Source: a virus. Taken from it: a stretch of DNA of 64,000 nt. The DNA lies in IMG/VR virus record IMGVR_UViG_3300002835_000047, positions 32,001 to 96,000 of that record; one strand, written 5' to 3'. Positions 31,267 through 41,018 of the stretch are shown here, piece by piece. Positions within the stretch are counted from its first letter, which is position 1; each line of letters starts with the position of its first letter. Under the pieces are notes generated by a model. That model saw only the letters and a list, made by a program, of their open reading frames with translations, was not told the DNA's origin and made no database searches. The position numbers and the translations under genes were made by a program.

Positions 31267-34200
31267 ATGGCATGTTTTAATAGAAATACACAGGAATATA
31301 AAGATCTATTAGGTAATTTTAATAGTAATCTTAAAGTTGACGGTATCATTACCGGTTGGCAGCTAGCAAATAACAGTGATAAATTTCCCACTGTAGCAGA
31401 AGCCAATCTGTTTTTGAAAAATAAAAAAATTGCTTTTAATCTTAAAAAAAGAGATTTTTCAGATGTCTTATTGTCAAATCTAGTTAATAAGCGCCTTGTA
31501 AGTAAATACAAAGATGCATATTGGGTTGTTAATTCAAATAGAGCTTCACGCGTTTATGATGAATCTGTATTGCAAAGCAACTTTAGTAAAATTAAAAGAT
31601 ATCTTCAAATTAATAATATTCCGGTAGAGGCTTTACAATTTACTAGAACTAGGCAATCTATTAAGATTGCAGTTGATGATTCTATATTTAGCCCTAAAGA
31701 TTTATTAGAATCTTCCAGGTCCTGGGATACTAATAAAAGTAAACATGTTATTGTTCATTTAATGAGGTTGTTTCCAAATCTTAGGATTGAAATGACTACT
31801 GTAGCTAAAGCAAAAGCATATTACGATTCATTACCTGCATGGCAAAAGGCAAATGTTAAATTTGAAAAAGTAAATTCTTATTTTGATCCGGTTGCTAGCA
31901 AGGTTTTTTTGGTTGAAGGTAGAGTTACAGATGAAACAGCTATTGAAGAAATACTTCATCCTTTTACAGATGCCTTGTATATAGAGAATAGAGGTTTGTT
32001 TAACTCTTTGCTAGAAGAGGCCAAGCTAAATTTCCCAGTATTAAAGCAGCAAATTGAAAATTCTTATAGTGATAAACTTGGATTTACTAAAGAAGACAGG
32101 GAATTTGAACTTGTCACACAAGCTCTGAGTAGATATTTTAAAAAAGAATTTGAGGAAAATCCCACAAAGACTTTTAAAGAAAGAATAAAAGAGTTTTTGG
32201 ATTGGTTTGCCGGTATTATAAATAATCTGCACAAGTATATTACGGGTGTAGATATTAACATCCAAGATATCAAACCTACAGCTACTCTATCTGATATTGC
32301 TAAGTTGTTAAATACTAGTGATATCAAATTTGATATGAAAGCCAGTGCTAATAATAAAATTAGATTTTCACTTACACCTGAGCTTCAATCTGTAGTTGAT
32401 TTTGCATTAAGTCAATCTAATGAGGCACAATCTATAATTATTAAAAAGCTGTTTCATCAAGCGCAAGAACTTAAAGATGAAGTAGGATCATTATCCGCCG
32501 GTGAAGATGGTCCAATTGTTGTTCTTAATGAAGAGAATCACATCTACTATAATCTATTAGATACAACTGAAGTTTTTAAATCTACAACTGAAAGAATTAA
32601 AGGAACTTTTTCTGAGGAAGATTTATTTAATAAAAAGTTAAATCTTGATTTAGGAAATGATTTTGATAAACTGTTACAGGCTATAGCGTCGGATAAATCT
32701 TTTGATGATGTGTTTTCCAGTATGAAAGTTTTATCTAAAGAGCAAGCTGGAAAAGCTTATATACAATTAAGAGAAAATCTTAATGAATTAACTCGGGGTG
32801 GAGGTGTTGCAATTCCGCAAGTTGTTGTTTATGATAGAGTTTCTAGAACTGCAGGTACAATTGATATTTTAATTGTTTTACCAAACGGTAAGTTAAAAAT
32901 TGTAGACCTTAAGACAAGTAAAAACTCTATACGTGAAATGGCGGCGGGTGAGAAAAACCTTAAATATGATACTGCGTATAATCTAGCTATAGATAGTGAC
33001 CTTAGAAAATTAGGTGTTGAAAAACTTTCAACAAGATCTCAGCAAGGTCTGCAAGTAAATATTTATAGGAGGATGTTAGAAAATATGGGGTATGACGTAG
33101 ATGAAAGTGATACCGGTGCTTCTACATTTCATATACAAGTTGGTGTTTCAGGAAAGGATGCAGAGCAAAAATTTACAGGTGAGTTTAGATCTGATGAATG
33201 GGTATTGCATCCTTTAAGTCAAAATAGTTTATATGTGGATTTATTGATCCCTAAGAATAAAGATCTTTTTAACGAGGAGCAAATAGATAGTGCTTTAGAT
33301 AAAGCGCTTAGTTCAACTGTTAATTGGAATGAAGCTTTAACTGAAGATGAAAAGGCTCCGGAAAATAATGAAGACTACACTGAGTTTGAAGTTATCACGC
33401 AGGCTTTAGAGTCTTACAAGATTGGTTTAACTAAAAAACTACAAGCCGTAGACTCAATTAAAAGTTCTATCTTCATGGATAGAAGTAAAGAAGAGACACG
33501 GGAAGATATAGCAAATGGATTAAGTTTGATAAATTTAGCTCTATCTGAATCTACAGAGGGTCGTTCTGCAATATTTACAGACTTAGTTAGAGATGCCATT
33601 AGGCAAATGGATAAGTTTATTGATTACATGCAGAATCCAAATAACTTTAATAAACCTGAGTACATTACATATGCACTAAACACAAGTCGTTTTATTAAAA
33701 CTTTTGAAGGTTTACACTCAGTCAAAGATTTGAAAGGATTTAATAATACCCAAACGCGTTTGGTTTTAGAATTAATTGCAAGATTAAACCGTGTGGGCGC
33801 TAACAATAATCCTAATGATGAAAATATTATTGACACTGCTATTACAAATTATGTAAAAGAACAAATAAAAACTTGGTCAAGTAGAGATAATCTTACTGAG
33901 GATATTCTAGATGATTTAATAAAAGGCACAGCTAAAGAAGTAAGAGATATTGGTACTCTTGAGCTTAATGCAATGGATATGGCTACGTCTAGAGATATAA
34001 TTCTTGCTATAATGGATAAAATATATAAGGTTAAAAAGCAAGAAGTTTTAGAAAAGGCGGAAGAAAGAAACAGATTAATCTCCGAACTTTCATCAAGACT
34101 TTTAAAGTTGTCACCCGGGAAAAATGTTCAAGACATTTATGACTTCATGCTTGAATTTGATGAAAATGGTGAGTTTACCGGTGACTACGTAAAAAAAATA

Positions 34201-36918
34201 GGTAGGCAGTATTATGATAAGCTATACGAACTTAGAGATAAGTTGACAGATGAAAATGGTAATTTTCTAGAGTATAGAGTAATAGAAGATATAACGACAG
34301 CTTCAAAAGAAGATATTGAGTTTAATGTCAAATTGGCCAAAATAAAAGCTGCATATGCATCTTTCTGGTCTGCGGAAAGAATAGGTTTAGATGATAAACT
34401 TATGGATGGTGAATACCATAGTTATACAGATGAATTCAAAGCCCTAAGAGCAAAATATCAATACTACGTAGAGGTAAATGGAAAACCCATTTGGAGAAAA
34501 AAAGCATCAGTTAGTGATAGAGCTTATCAAATATATCTAGCAAAATATTTTAATAGCGTTACATATACATATGCGGTTAAAGACCAGAATGGTAATTTTA
34601 CTGGAGCTACTATACCAGGTAGAGAATTTTTAGCTCCAAAACCGGAATATAAAATTGTAAATGATTATAACAAACGTACCGGAGAAAGTTTGCTTAGTAA
34701 AAAATATGAAAGTATTATTAATCCAACTGATGCTTTGGGCAAAGCTCAAAAAGATTTTTACTTAGCTTTTTCTAATATTTATGAAAATGAATTACTTAAT
34801 AAACTTGCACCTGGCGTAAGATCTCAAATGTTAGGGAGTGTTCCAGTTATAAAAGGAAAGCTTTTCCAAGATATCAAAAATAAACCTAACCCTGTAGCAA
34901 AGCTTTGGTCAAGTATGACAAGAAGTTTAAAAGATCTTGTGTCTGAGACTACAGAGCAAAGGGGTGTTGTATTAGATGAAAACGGTAATATTGTTGATTC
35001 GCTTCCAGTTTTTTATACAGGTAAGCTAAGAAATAATGAAGAGCTAGAAGCGCTTAATAATGAAATAAATGATCTAAATGAAAGACTTAAAAAAGGTCTA
35101 ATTAAAAAGTTAGATTATGATGAACAAATTAAGATTTTAAATGCCAGACTTATAGATGTTAGAAGTAGACCTTCTAAAGGAGAATTAAATAAAGATATGG
35201 GTACGGCTTTAATGATGTTCAGCACTATGGCAGAGCACTATGAAGTTATGAGCGGTGCTGAAGATACCTATAGAGCATTTATTAAAGTATTAGAAAAGAG
35301 ACAATATCAACCTTCAGATAAAGGTACCGTATTGGGTACTTTTACAAAAGGTAAGTTTAAGGCTCAAGGTCTTATATCAGGTGCTGATTCAAATGTTCTC
35401 AAAAGAGCAAAGAAGTGGATGTCCATGGTTTATTACAATAGTGACGATATAAATAAAAACTTTATTACTAAGGCCCTGGATGGTTTAATTACATATTCTT
35501 CTTTATCCTATGTAGCGTTTAACCCATTTGGTAACTTTAATAACTATGCTCTTGGTAGAATTAACAACTCTATTGAAGCTTTAGGAGGACGTTTTTTCTC
35601 GGGTAGTTCTTATAATAGAGCTGAGTATGAATTTAATACACAAGCAATTCAGTCTTTAATTTATAGAACAAGCGCCGCAAGTATGAAAATTGGTGGAAAA
35701 TCAGATTATGATCCAAAACTGCCAAGCAATAAGTATGAAGCGCTTGTAGATTACTTTAGAATGATGGACGCTAAATCAGATATAAGAGAAACTGTATCAG
35801 GTCCTCAACCAATTCAAAAATCATATTTCAGTAAATTTGCGGATCTAGGTTATATATTTCAAGACGCGGCTGAATATAATGTGCAAACTAAAACCGGTAT
35901 GGCTATTCTTATGGATACTATGATTATGAATACTAATACCGGAGACATACTTTCCTTATATGATGCTTATGAATTTGATAATAGCACTAAAACAGTGAAG
36001 TTAAAGAATGGCTATGATAAAATTGTTTCTCTTGATCCTAGAAATGTAGATAAAAATGGAAAGCCTAATATTATAAAAGAAACTGACTTTACAGATAACT
36101 ATAGATATTTAATTAGGAATAATATAAGAGAAGTAAATAAGCAGATCCATGGTAACTATGCTTTAGATGATAGAATGGTTATTCAAACGCATGCACTGGG
36201 ACGGCTTGTAGCACAATTTCATAAGTGGGTAATTCCGGCTATTAATGCAAGATTCAGATCAGAATATTTTGATGAGAATTTAGGATGGATGGAAGGCCGG
36301 TATAGATCTTTTTGGAAATTTCTAGCTTACACCACAAAGAAAGTTGCTACACTGCAGGTAGAGTTTGGTAAACATCAGGAAAATTTTATGAGTGAGTATG
36401 GATATGTTGGTGACAATTCTCAGTCAGATCAACGTGCAAAAGATAAACTATTTGGAGCATATAGAACACTTGGTGAGATTGGCTTTATTATGGTGAGTTT
36501 TGCTTTAAGTTCTATCTTTGGATCCTTATTTGCAAATGATGATGAGGATGATGACACAGAATTTGAAAAAAGAATGAAGAATTTCCTTAGATATCAAACA
36601 GATAGAACATATAAGGAATTAATTTTATTTACCCCATTGGGCGCTAAACAGGTTTGGCAAATGTTTGATTCTCCTATTGCGGCTACAAGAACACTTGGTG
36701 AATTAGGTGAGGCTTTAAGCTTAAGTGTAACTACACCAATTGCTTATTTAATTAAGGGTAAGGAAGAATTCTATCTTGACAAAGATTATGTTTACCAAAG
36801 GGGTATTAGAAAAGGTGAGTTAAAACTGTATAAAAACTGGAATGATGTTATACCAATTTTATACAGTATTAAAAAGTGGCAAGATTTTAACAATCTAACT
36901 AATTTCTACATTAAATAA
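31267..36918 (+). CDS. Large ejection protein with PD-(D/E)XK nuclease domain, 1883 aa
   Basis: AGTIDILIV...IVDLKTSK (D533, D547, K549) and QQGLQVNIY RecB-type motif; degenerate zincin-like EEILH; C-terminal hydrophobic helix IGFIMVSFALSSIFGSLF. Confidence 0.75.
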   Translation: MACFNRNTQEYKDLLGNFNSNLKVDGIITGWQLANNSDKFPTVAEANLFLKNKKIAFNLKKRDFSDVLLSNLVNKRLVSKYKDAYWVVNSNRASRVYDESVLQSNFSKIKRYLQINNIPVEALQFTRTRQSIKIAVDDSIFSPKDLLESSRSWDTNKSKHVIVHLMRLFPNLRIEMTTVAKAKAYYDSLPAWQKANVKFEKVNSYFDPVASKVFLVEGRVTDETAIEEILHPFTDALYIENRGLFNSLLEEAKLNFPVLKQQIENSYSDKLGFTKEDREFELVTQALSRYFKKEFEENPTKTFKERIKEFLDWFAGIINNLHKYITGVDINIQDIKPTATLSDIAKLLNTSDIKFDMKASANNKIRFSLTPELQSVVDFALSQSNEAQSIIIKKLFHQAQELKDEVGSLSAGEDGPIVVLNEENHIYYNLLDTTEVFKSTTERIKGTFSEEDLFNKKLNLDLGNDFDKLLQAIASDKSFDDVFSSMKVLSKEQAGKAYIQLRENLNELTRGGGVAIPQVVVYDRVSRTAGTIDILIVLPNGKLKIVDLKTSKNSIREMAAGEKNLKYDTAYNLAIDSDLRKLGVEKLSTRSQQGLQVNIYRRMLENMGYDVDESDTGASTFHIQVGVSGKDAEQKFTGEFRSDEWVLHPLSQNSLYVDLLIPKNKDLFNEEQIDSALDKALSSTVNWNEALTEDEKAPENNEDYTEFEVITQALESYKIGLTKKLQAVDSIKSSIFMDRSKEETREDIANGLSLINLALSESTEGRSAIFTDLVRDAIRQMDKFIDYMQNPNNFNKPEYITYALNTSRFIKTFEGLHSVKDLKGFNNTQTRLVLELIARLNRVGANNNPNDENIIDTAITNYVKEQIKTWSSRDNLTEDILDDLIKGTAKEVRDIGTLELNAMDMATSRDIILAIMDKIYKVKKQEVLEKAEERNRLISELSSRLLKLSPGKNVQDIYDFMLEFDENGEFTGDYVKKIGRQYYDKLYELRDKLTDENGNFLEYRVIEDITTASKEDIEFNVKLAKIKAAYASFWSAERIGLDDKLMDGEYHSYTDEFKALRAKYQYYVEVNGKPIWRKKASVSDRAYQIYLAKYFNSVTYTYAVKDQNGNFTGATIPGREFLAPKPEYKIVNDYNKRTGESLLSKKYESIINPTDALGKAQKDFYLAFSNIYENELLNKLAPGVRSQMLGSVPVIKGKLFQDIKNKPNPVAKLWSSMTRSLKDLVSETTEQRGVVLDENGNIVDSLPVFYTGKLRNNEELEALNNEINDLNERLKKGLIKKLDYDEQIKILNARLIDVRSRPSKGELNKDMGTALMMFSTMAEHYEVMSGAEDTYRAFIKVLEKRQYQPSDKGTVLGTFTKGKFKAQGLISGADSNVLKRAKKWMSMVYYNSDDINKNFITKALDGLITYSSLSYVAFNPFGNFNNYALGRINNSIEALGGRFFSGSSYNRAEYEFNTQAIQSLIYRTSAASMKIGGKSDYDPKLPSNKYEALVDYFRMMDAKSDIRETVSGPQPIQKSYFSKFADLGYIFQDAAEYNVQTKTGMAILMDTMIMNTNTGDILSLYDAYEFDNSTKTVKLKNGYDKIVSLDPRNVDKNGKPNIIKETDFTDNYRYLIRNNIREVNKQIHGNYALDDRMVIQTHALGRLVAQFHKWVIPAINARFRSEYFDENLGWMEGRYRSFWKFLAYTTKKVATLQVEFGKHQENFMSEYGYVGDNSQSDQRAKDKLFGAYRTLGEIGFIMVSFALSSIFGSLFANDDEDDDTEFEKRMKNFLRYQTDRTYKELILFTPLGAKQVWQMFDSPIAATRTLGELGEALSLSVTTPIAYLIKGKEEFYLDKDYVYQRGIRKGELKLYKNWNDVIPILYSIKKWQDFNNLTNFYIK

Positions 36919-36952
36919 TAATAATGGGTTCGGAGCTTTAACCCGCATGGCT

Positions 36953-37336
36953 TTATGCTTCCCATATATTATTATTTACTTTTAATTTGTTTTCGTATAG
37001 AAATGCATATATTAAGTCACTTAGATAACCAATAAGCCAAGCCATTGCCTCTTCATTTTGCACCTCTATATTTTCCATTATTTTAGATGCTAAATGGAAA
37101 GTTTCATGAGCTATTAGATTATGGCTTAGAAATTTTTTTGAAAGTGTGACGTAGTACATATAAATAGTACTTGTTGTATTTTCAAATACACAACCTTCAT
37201 TTCCGCTTATATCTATTTTGGTAATGTGTTCGTTTACATAATTATTTAATTCTTGTGCAGAAGCACCAACAATTACAACTATTTTAGAGTTGTAAAGTTG
37301 TAAATCAATATTCTTTATGTAAAACTTACACTTCAT
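36953..37336 (-). CDS. Small HExxH (zincin-like) phage protein, 127 aa
   Basis: IAHETFH followed by EEAMAWLIGYL; last gene of the RNR operon. Confidence 0.55.
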   Translation of the reverse strand: MKCKFYIKNIDLQLYNSKIVVIVGASAQELNNYVNEHITKIDISGNEGCVFENTTSTIYMYYVTLSKKFLSHNLIAHETFHLASKIMENIEVQNEEAMAWLIGYLSDLIYAFLYENKLKVNNNIWEA

Positions 37337-37338
37337 AT

Positions 37339-38964
37339 TTAGCTTTCACAACTAGCGCATTCTAATATATTTCTGACAAAAGATTGTGCACTACTTACAC
37401 TAAACTGATAATACAAAGTCTTAATACCTTGCTCGTGAGCAAATAAATACAACTTATTTACATCTTTAGCCGGCACACTGGGATGAATCATTAAGTTTAA
37501 AGATTGGGATTGATCAATATACTTTTGTCTTGCTGCAGCTTGAATGATTATTTCTTTTGGGCTGATTTCAATAAAAGATTTAAAAACAGCTTTAGTTGGA
37601 AAATCTAAATGCTGAACTGATCCATTTTTCTTTAGGATACTTTCCCATACTTCAGGTGTATTGAGATTATATTTTTCTAACTCAGTTTCTAATATAGGAT
37701 TCTTATATACAGATTTACTTTTAGCTAAATCCTTAACAAAATAATTAGATTTGATTGGTTCAATACCCATTGATACTTGACCATGAATAAAAGAACTTGA
37801 TTTAGTTGGCGCTATTGCAATCAAGGTTGTATTAGCATAACCTGGACGAATAGATTTAACATTGCCAATTTCACATAACTCTCTTGATGTTGCTTCGGAT
37901 CTATCTTTAATTGTTTTGAAAATTTGGACATTTGCTAGTTTAGCTTCCATTGATTCAAACTCAATAAGTTGTGATTGTAAATAGGAATGATAACCAAGTA
38001 CACCAAGTCCAATTGCTCTATGATCTTTAGCAAAACGATGTGCTCTTGCCATGCCGGGCATAGTTGAAGATTTGTTTATGAACTCATCAATTACAGCATT
38101 TAGAAATAAAGTATAGATTTCAATAGCGTCTGTTTCTTTAATTTCATTCCAATGAAGAAGGTTAATTGAACCTAAACAACATACAAAAGAGTTAAAGCTA
38201 TCTGTTGGTAGTTGTATTTCTGAACAAAGATTAGATGCTGTTATTTCAAATCCTAATTCTTTATATGGTGAGTTGTTATTGCTATTGTCCTTAAACATAA
38301 TATAAGGATATCCAATATCATTACGTCTCTGAATTACTTTGGCCCAAATTTCACGTTTATCTTGATCTCCAGCTTTCATACTTTCAATCCAATTATCAGT
38401 GACAGTTATGCCATACTGAAGATTCTGAATTAAGTTGCCCTCCGTTCCAATATCCAAAAACTCATTAATATCCGGATGCTCAATTGGTAAATAAACAGCA
38501 CAAGCACCACGTCTTGCTTCAGATTGTTTACAAACATCCACAACAGTATCATAAATACGAGCATAGTGAACGGGTCCATCTGCTGTACCACCGGTTGATA
38601 TAACTGAGCCTCTAGATCTGATATTGCCTAAAAATATACTAGTTCCTCCGCCATATTTAGACATCATCCCAATTTCTCTGCCTGCGTTTAGAATACTATC
38701 AAGATTGTCATCTACATTACTTCCATAACAGCTAATAGGTAAACCTTTTTGTTTACCAAAATTAATCCATACCGGAGTAGACAAACTATAGAAACCCCTA
38801 CTCATATAATCTTCAAACTTCTGAGCAAAGCCGTGTACATTAAGGTACTTTTCAGCAATTCTTGCAATATCCTTAATTCTTTGTTCAGGAGCTTCAGTTA
38901 TATAACCTCTATTGAGATAGGTTTTGCTCTCATCATTGAGCCAATAATATTTAGAATAAGTCAT
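37339..38964 (-). CDS. nrdA: Ribonucleotide reductase class I alpha subunit, minimal (no ATP cone)
   Basis: PISCYG, ASNLCSEI (N-x-C-x-E), VCCLGSIN, IAPTKSSS, KTLYYQ, C-terminal CASCES. Confidence 0.95.
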   Translation of the reverse strand: MTYSKYYWLNDESKTYLNRGYITEAPEQRIKDIARIAEKYLNVHGFAQKFEDYMSRGFYSLSTPVWINFGKQKGLPISCYGSNVDDNLDSILNAGREIGMMSKYGGGTSIFLGNIRSRGSVISTGGTADGPVHYARIYDTVVDVCKQSEARRGACAVYLPIEHPDINEFLDIGTEGNLIQNLQYGITVTDNWIESMKAGDQDKREIWAKVIQRRNDIGYPYIMFKDNSNNNSPYKELGFEITASNLCSEIQLPTDSFNSFVCCLGSINLLHWNEIKETDAIEIYTLFLNAVIDEFINKSSTMPGMARAHRFAKDHRAIGLGVLGYHSYLQSQLIEFESMEAKLANVQIFKTIKDRSEATSRELCEIGNVKSIRPGYANTTLIAIAPTKSSSFIHGQVSMGIEPIKSNYFVKDLAKSKSVYKNPILETELEKYNLNTPEVWESILKKNGSVQHLDFPTKAVFKSFIEISPKEIIIQAAARQKYIDQSQSLNLMIHPSVPAKDVNKLYLFAHEQGIKTLYYQFSVSSAQSFVRNILECASCES

Positions 38965-39931
38965 CTTTTGTAATTGCTTTTGATTTTTTGTTATAGTCTA
39001 TTTGTTTTTTATAAAAGAAGTCACCTTCCTTTGTGGCTGTAATTTCAACCTCAAACCAATGGGTTTTTTCTAAATCTTTTTGGTTTACTTCAAATAATGG
39101 GTCCATACCAATTTTTTGAAGAGAGTTGTTAAATCTATTCATAATGAATATTTTGATTGTTTCCTTAGAAAGAAACTCTAATTCTCCTTTTTCAAATATC
39201 CAATCCAGTATCCCGCATTCTGCAGAAAAAGCTTTTTTACATGCTGAATAGATAAGTTCGTTAAAATCTGAATCAAACCAATCCGGATTTTCAGATTTAA
39301 TAATATTGATGATTTCAGCACCAAAGTTGCCATGGATATCCTCCTCTTTACTAGTTGCTTCAACAACATTTGAGATGCCTTTAAAAAGATTCCTTTCTTT
39401 ATTAAAAGACATCATAATCAGGAATTGACTAAATAGACTGACATGCTCTATGAATAGAGAAAATAGTAGTACTGACTTAGTGTACATTTTATCATCTTTA
39501 CTCCGTGTCCCGTCCAAGTACTTCCTTAAATACTTAATCCGATCTGAAATAGCAGGTATTTCTATAACTGTTTCAAACTCTTTTTCAAGACCCAAAATTC
39601 TAAGTAGTCTTGCATAAGCATCTTTATGCCGGACCTCAGACTCTGCAAATGTCATTCCGACATCTCCAATTTCAGTGATTGGCATTCTTTTATACATATC
39701 TGCCCAAAAGGTCTTTACATTAACCTCAATTTGGGCAATGGCCAGCATGGTTCGCTTTATGACTTCCCGTTCTGAATCACTAACTTTTACTCTAAAGTCA
39801 TCAATATCAGTGGTAAAATTATACTCTGTGTCAATCCAGTAAGAGTGTCTTATTGCATCTTTATAGTTTAAAAGTTGCGGATACTCATAGGGTAAAATAT
39901 TAATTCTAGGTTGAAAGATGTTTTTGTTCAT
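38951..39931 (-). CDS. nrdB: Ribonucleotide reductase class I beta subunit (NrdBi / class Id-like)
   Basis: LAIAQIEVNVKTFW, ESEVRHKDAY, IEHVSLFSQF, EEDIHG ferritin-like ligand motifs. Confidence 0.93.
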   Translation of the reverse strand: MNKNIFQPRINILPYEYPQLLNYKDAIRHSYWIDTEYNFTTDIDDFRVKVSDSEREVIKRTMLAIAQIEVNVKTFWADMYKRMPITEIGDVGMTFAESEVRHKDAYARLLRILGLEKEFETVIEIPAISDRIKYLRKYLDGTRSKDDKMYTKSVLLFSLFIEHVSLFSQFLIMMSFNKERNLFKGISNVVEATSKEEDIHGNFGAEIINIIKSENPDWFDSDFNELIYSACKKAFSAECGILDWIFEKGELEFLSKETIKIFIMNRFNNSLQKIGMDPLFEVNQKDLEKTHWFEVEITATKEGDFFYKKQIDYNKKSKAITKDDLF

Positions 39932-39956
39932 TTATTAGTTTAAGATTTAAATTTGA

Positions 39957-39966
39957 TACAAAACTA
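39957..39966 (-). promoter_or_regulatory. Bacteroidota-type -7 promoter element TAGTTTTGTA upstream of nrdB
   Basis: Matches TAnnTTTG, about 26 nt upstream of the nrdB start; no clear -33 TTTG seen. Confidence 0.45.
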
Positions 39967-40078
39967 AATTACAGTATATTCTATAACTATCCTAATTTTT
40001 TTTCAAATAATTCATAAAAAGTTGAATATCAACTGCTTAAATATATTTTTAGATTTTACTATAAAATAAGAAAATTAT

Positions 40079-40090
40079 TTTGTATTTTAT
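40079..40090 (+). promoter_or_regulatory. Putative late promoter motif TTTGTATTTTAT
   Basis: Fits TTTGTAWWTTA, 11 nt upstream of ATG 40102. Confidence 0.35.
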
Positions 40091-40101
40091 AATAAGGGTT
40101 T

Positions 40102-40476
40102 ATGTTTGTTATGCTTGAAAGATTAAAAAGTATTTTTTATTACTACGATTCTGAAAAAACTGAAGTGGGACAGGGTTTAATTTGGCTACTCATGTTTCCT
40201 ATCTTTTATACTTTAGAGATGGGTTTTAACTATTACTTAGTTATACCGTCCATTTTACTAGGGGCGGCTACAATAAAGGCTGTTTGCTTACATACAATTC
40301 AAACAAGAAAGATTTTGGCTTTTGGTAATTTTTTATTTTCAACTGCTGTGGTTGCATACTTTTTCATAAAAGAAACATTACCTAATGATGTTTATCACTG
40401 GGTATGGGTAATTATTAGCTTTTTTGCCTTTTTTAATCTAACCACAATAACAAGGAAATGTTTATCAATTAAATAA
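40102..40476 (+). CDS. Multi-pass membrane protein (possible holin), 124 aa
   Basis: About four hydrophobic segments; first gene of the second plus-strand block. Confidence 0.5.
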   Translation: MFVMLERLKSIFYYYDSEKTEVGQGLIWLLMFPIFYTLEMGFNYYLVIPSILLGAATIKAVCLHTIQTRKILAFGNFLFSTAVVAYFFIKETLPNDVYHWVWVIISFFAFFNLTTITRKCLSIK

Positions 40477-40477
40477 A

Positions 40478-40792
40478 ATGGAAACTATAGACAATTTAAC
40501 CACTCTTTTGGCAACTATTTTTACAGTTCTTTTTTCAGCCGGCGCTTGGAAATTCTATGAATCCAGGTTAAAGTTAAAAAATAGGGATATTCAAAATGAA
40601 AAAAATGAACAGAATATGTATAGAGATGACTTAAGAGATCGGGTTAAAAGATTAGAAAAGCTTTTGACTGAGAGCTCATTGGAAAAAGATCAAATGAGAG
40701 ATCAAATACTTAATTTAACGCGTGAAGTCAGTGAACTAAGAGTTAAAGTTACCTTTCTTGAAAAGGAAAATGAGAGATTAAAAAACAAATAA
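40478..40792 (+). CDS. N-anchored coiled-coil membrane protein (lysis accessory candidate), 104 aa
   Basis: Single N-terminal TM (LLATIFTVLFSAGAW) then heptad coiled coil. Confidence 0.55.
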   Translation: METIDNLTTLLATIFTVLFSAGAWKFYESRLKLKNRDIQNEKNEQNMYRDDLRDRVKRLEKLLTESSLEKDQMRDQILNLTREVSELRVKVTFLEKENERLKNK

Positions 40793-40812
40793 CTTGATTT
40801 TATTCAAATTTA

Positions 40813-40825
40813 TTTGTATATTAGT
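40813..40825 (+). promoter_or_regulatory. Putative late promoter motif TTTGTATATTAGT
   Basis: Exact copy of 7904-7916, 16 nt upstream of ATG 40842. Confidence 0.45.
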
Positions 40826-40841
40826 TATATAAAGTTTATTT

Positions 40842-41018
40842 ATGTTCACTTGTCTAAAGAAATTTCTCGCAAATGCTTTTTCCTGCGTTTTCTGTAAAGA
40901 TTTTTATTTTAAGCCTTATTCTGATCAAGAAAAAAGTCTTGAAACTGCACCTTTAGAGTGCAAAAAGCCAGAAAAAACCGTTAAAACTAAGCGCAATGGA
41001 CAAAAAAAACTGGATTAA
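40842..41018 (+). CDS. Hypothetical 58-aa protein (not in the ORF track)
   Basis: MFTCLKKFLANAFSCVFCKDFY...GQKKLD*, hand-translated; follows the promoter motif and fills the gap. Confidence 0.4.
   Translation: MFTCLKKFLANAFSCVFCKDFYFKPYSDQEKSLETAPLECKKPEKTVKTKRNGQKKLD

Noticed and set aside
6139-33836. Many 60-92-aa ORFs antisense to or nested in the structural genes (e.g. 6139..6378, 22674..22952, 27912..28172, 31260..31511, 32064..32327)
   Set aside because: Shadow ORFs of long coding frames with no motifs and composition typical of reverse-strand reads
36924-36948. Terminator between convergent ejection and RNR operons
   Set aside because: Only a weak 5-bp GGGTT/AACCC stem with a long loop and no clear U tract
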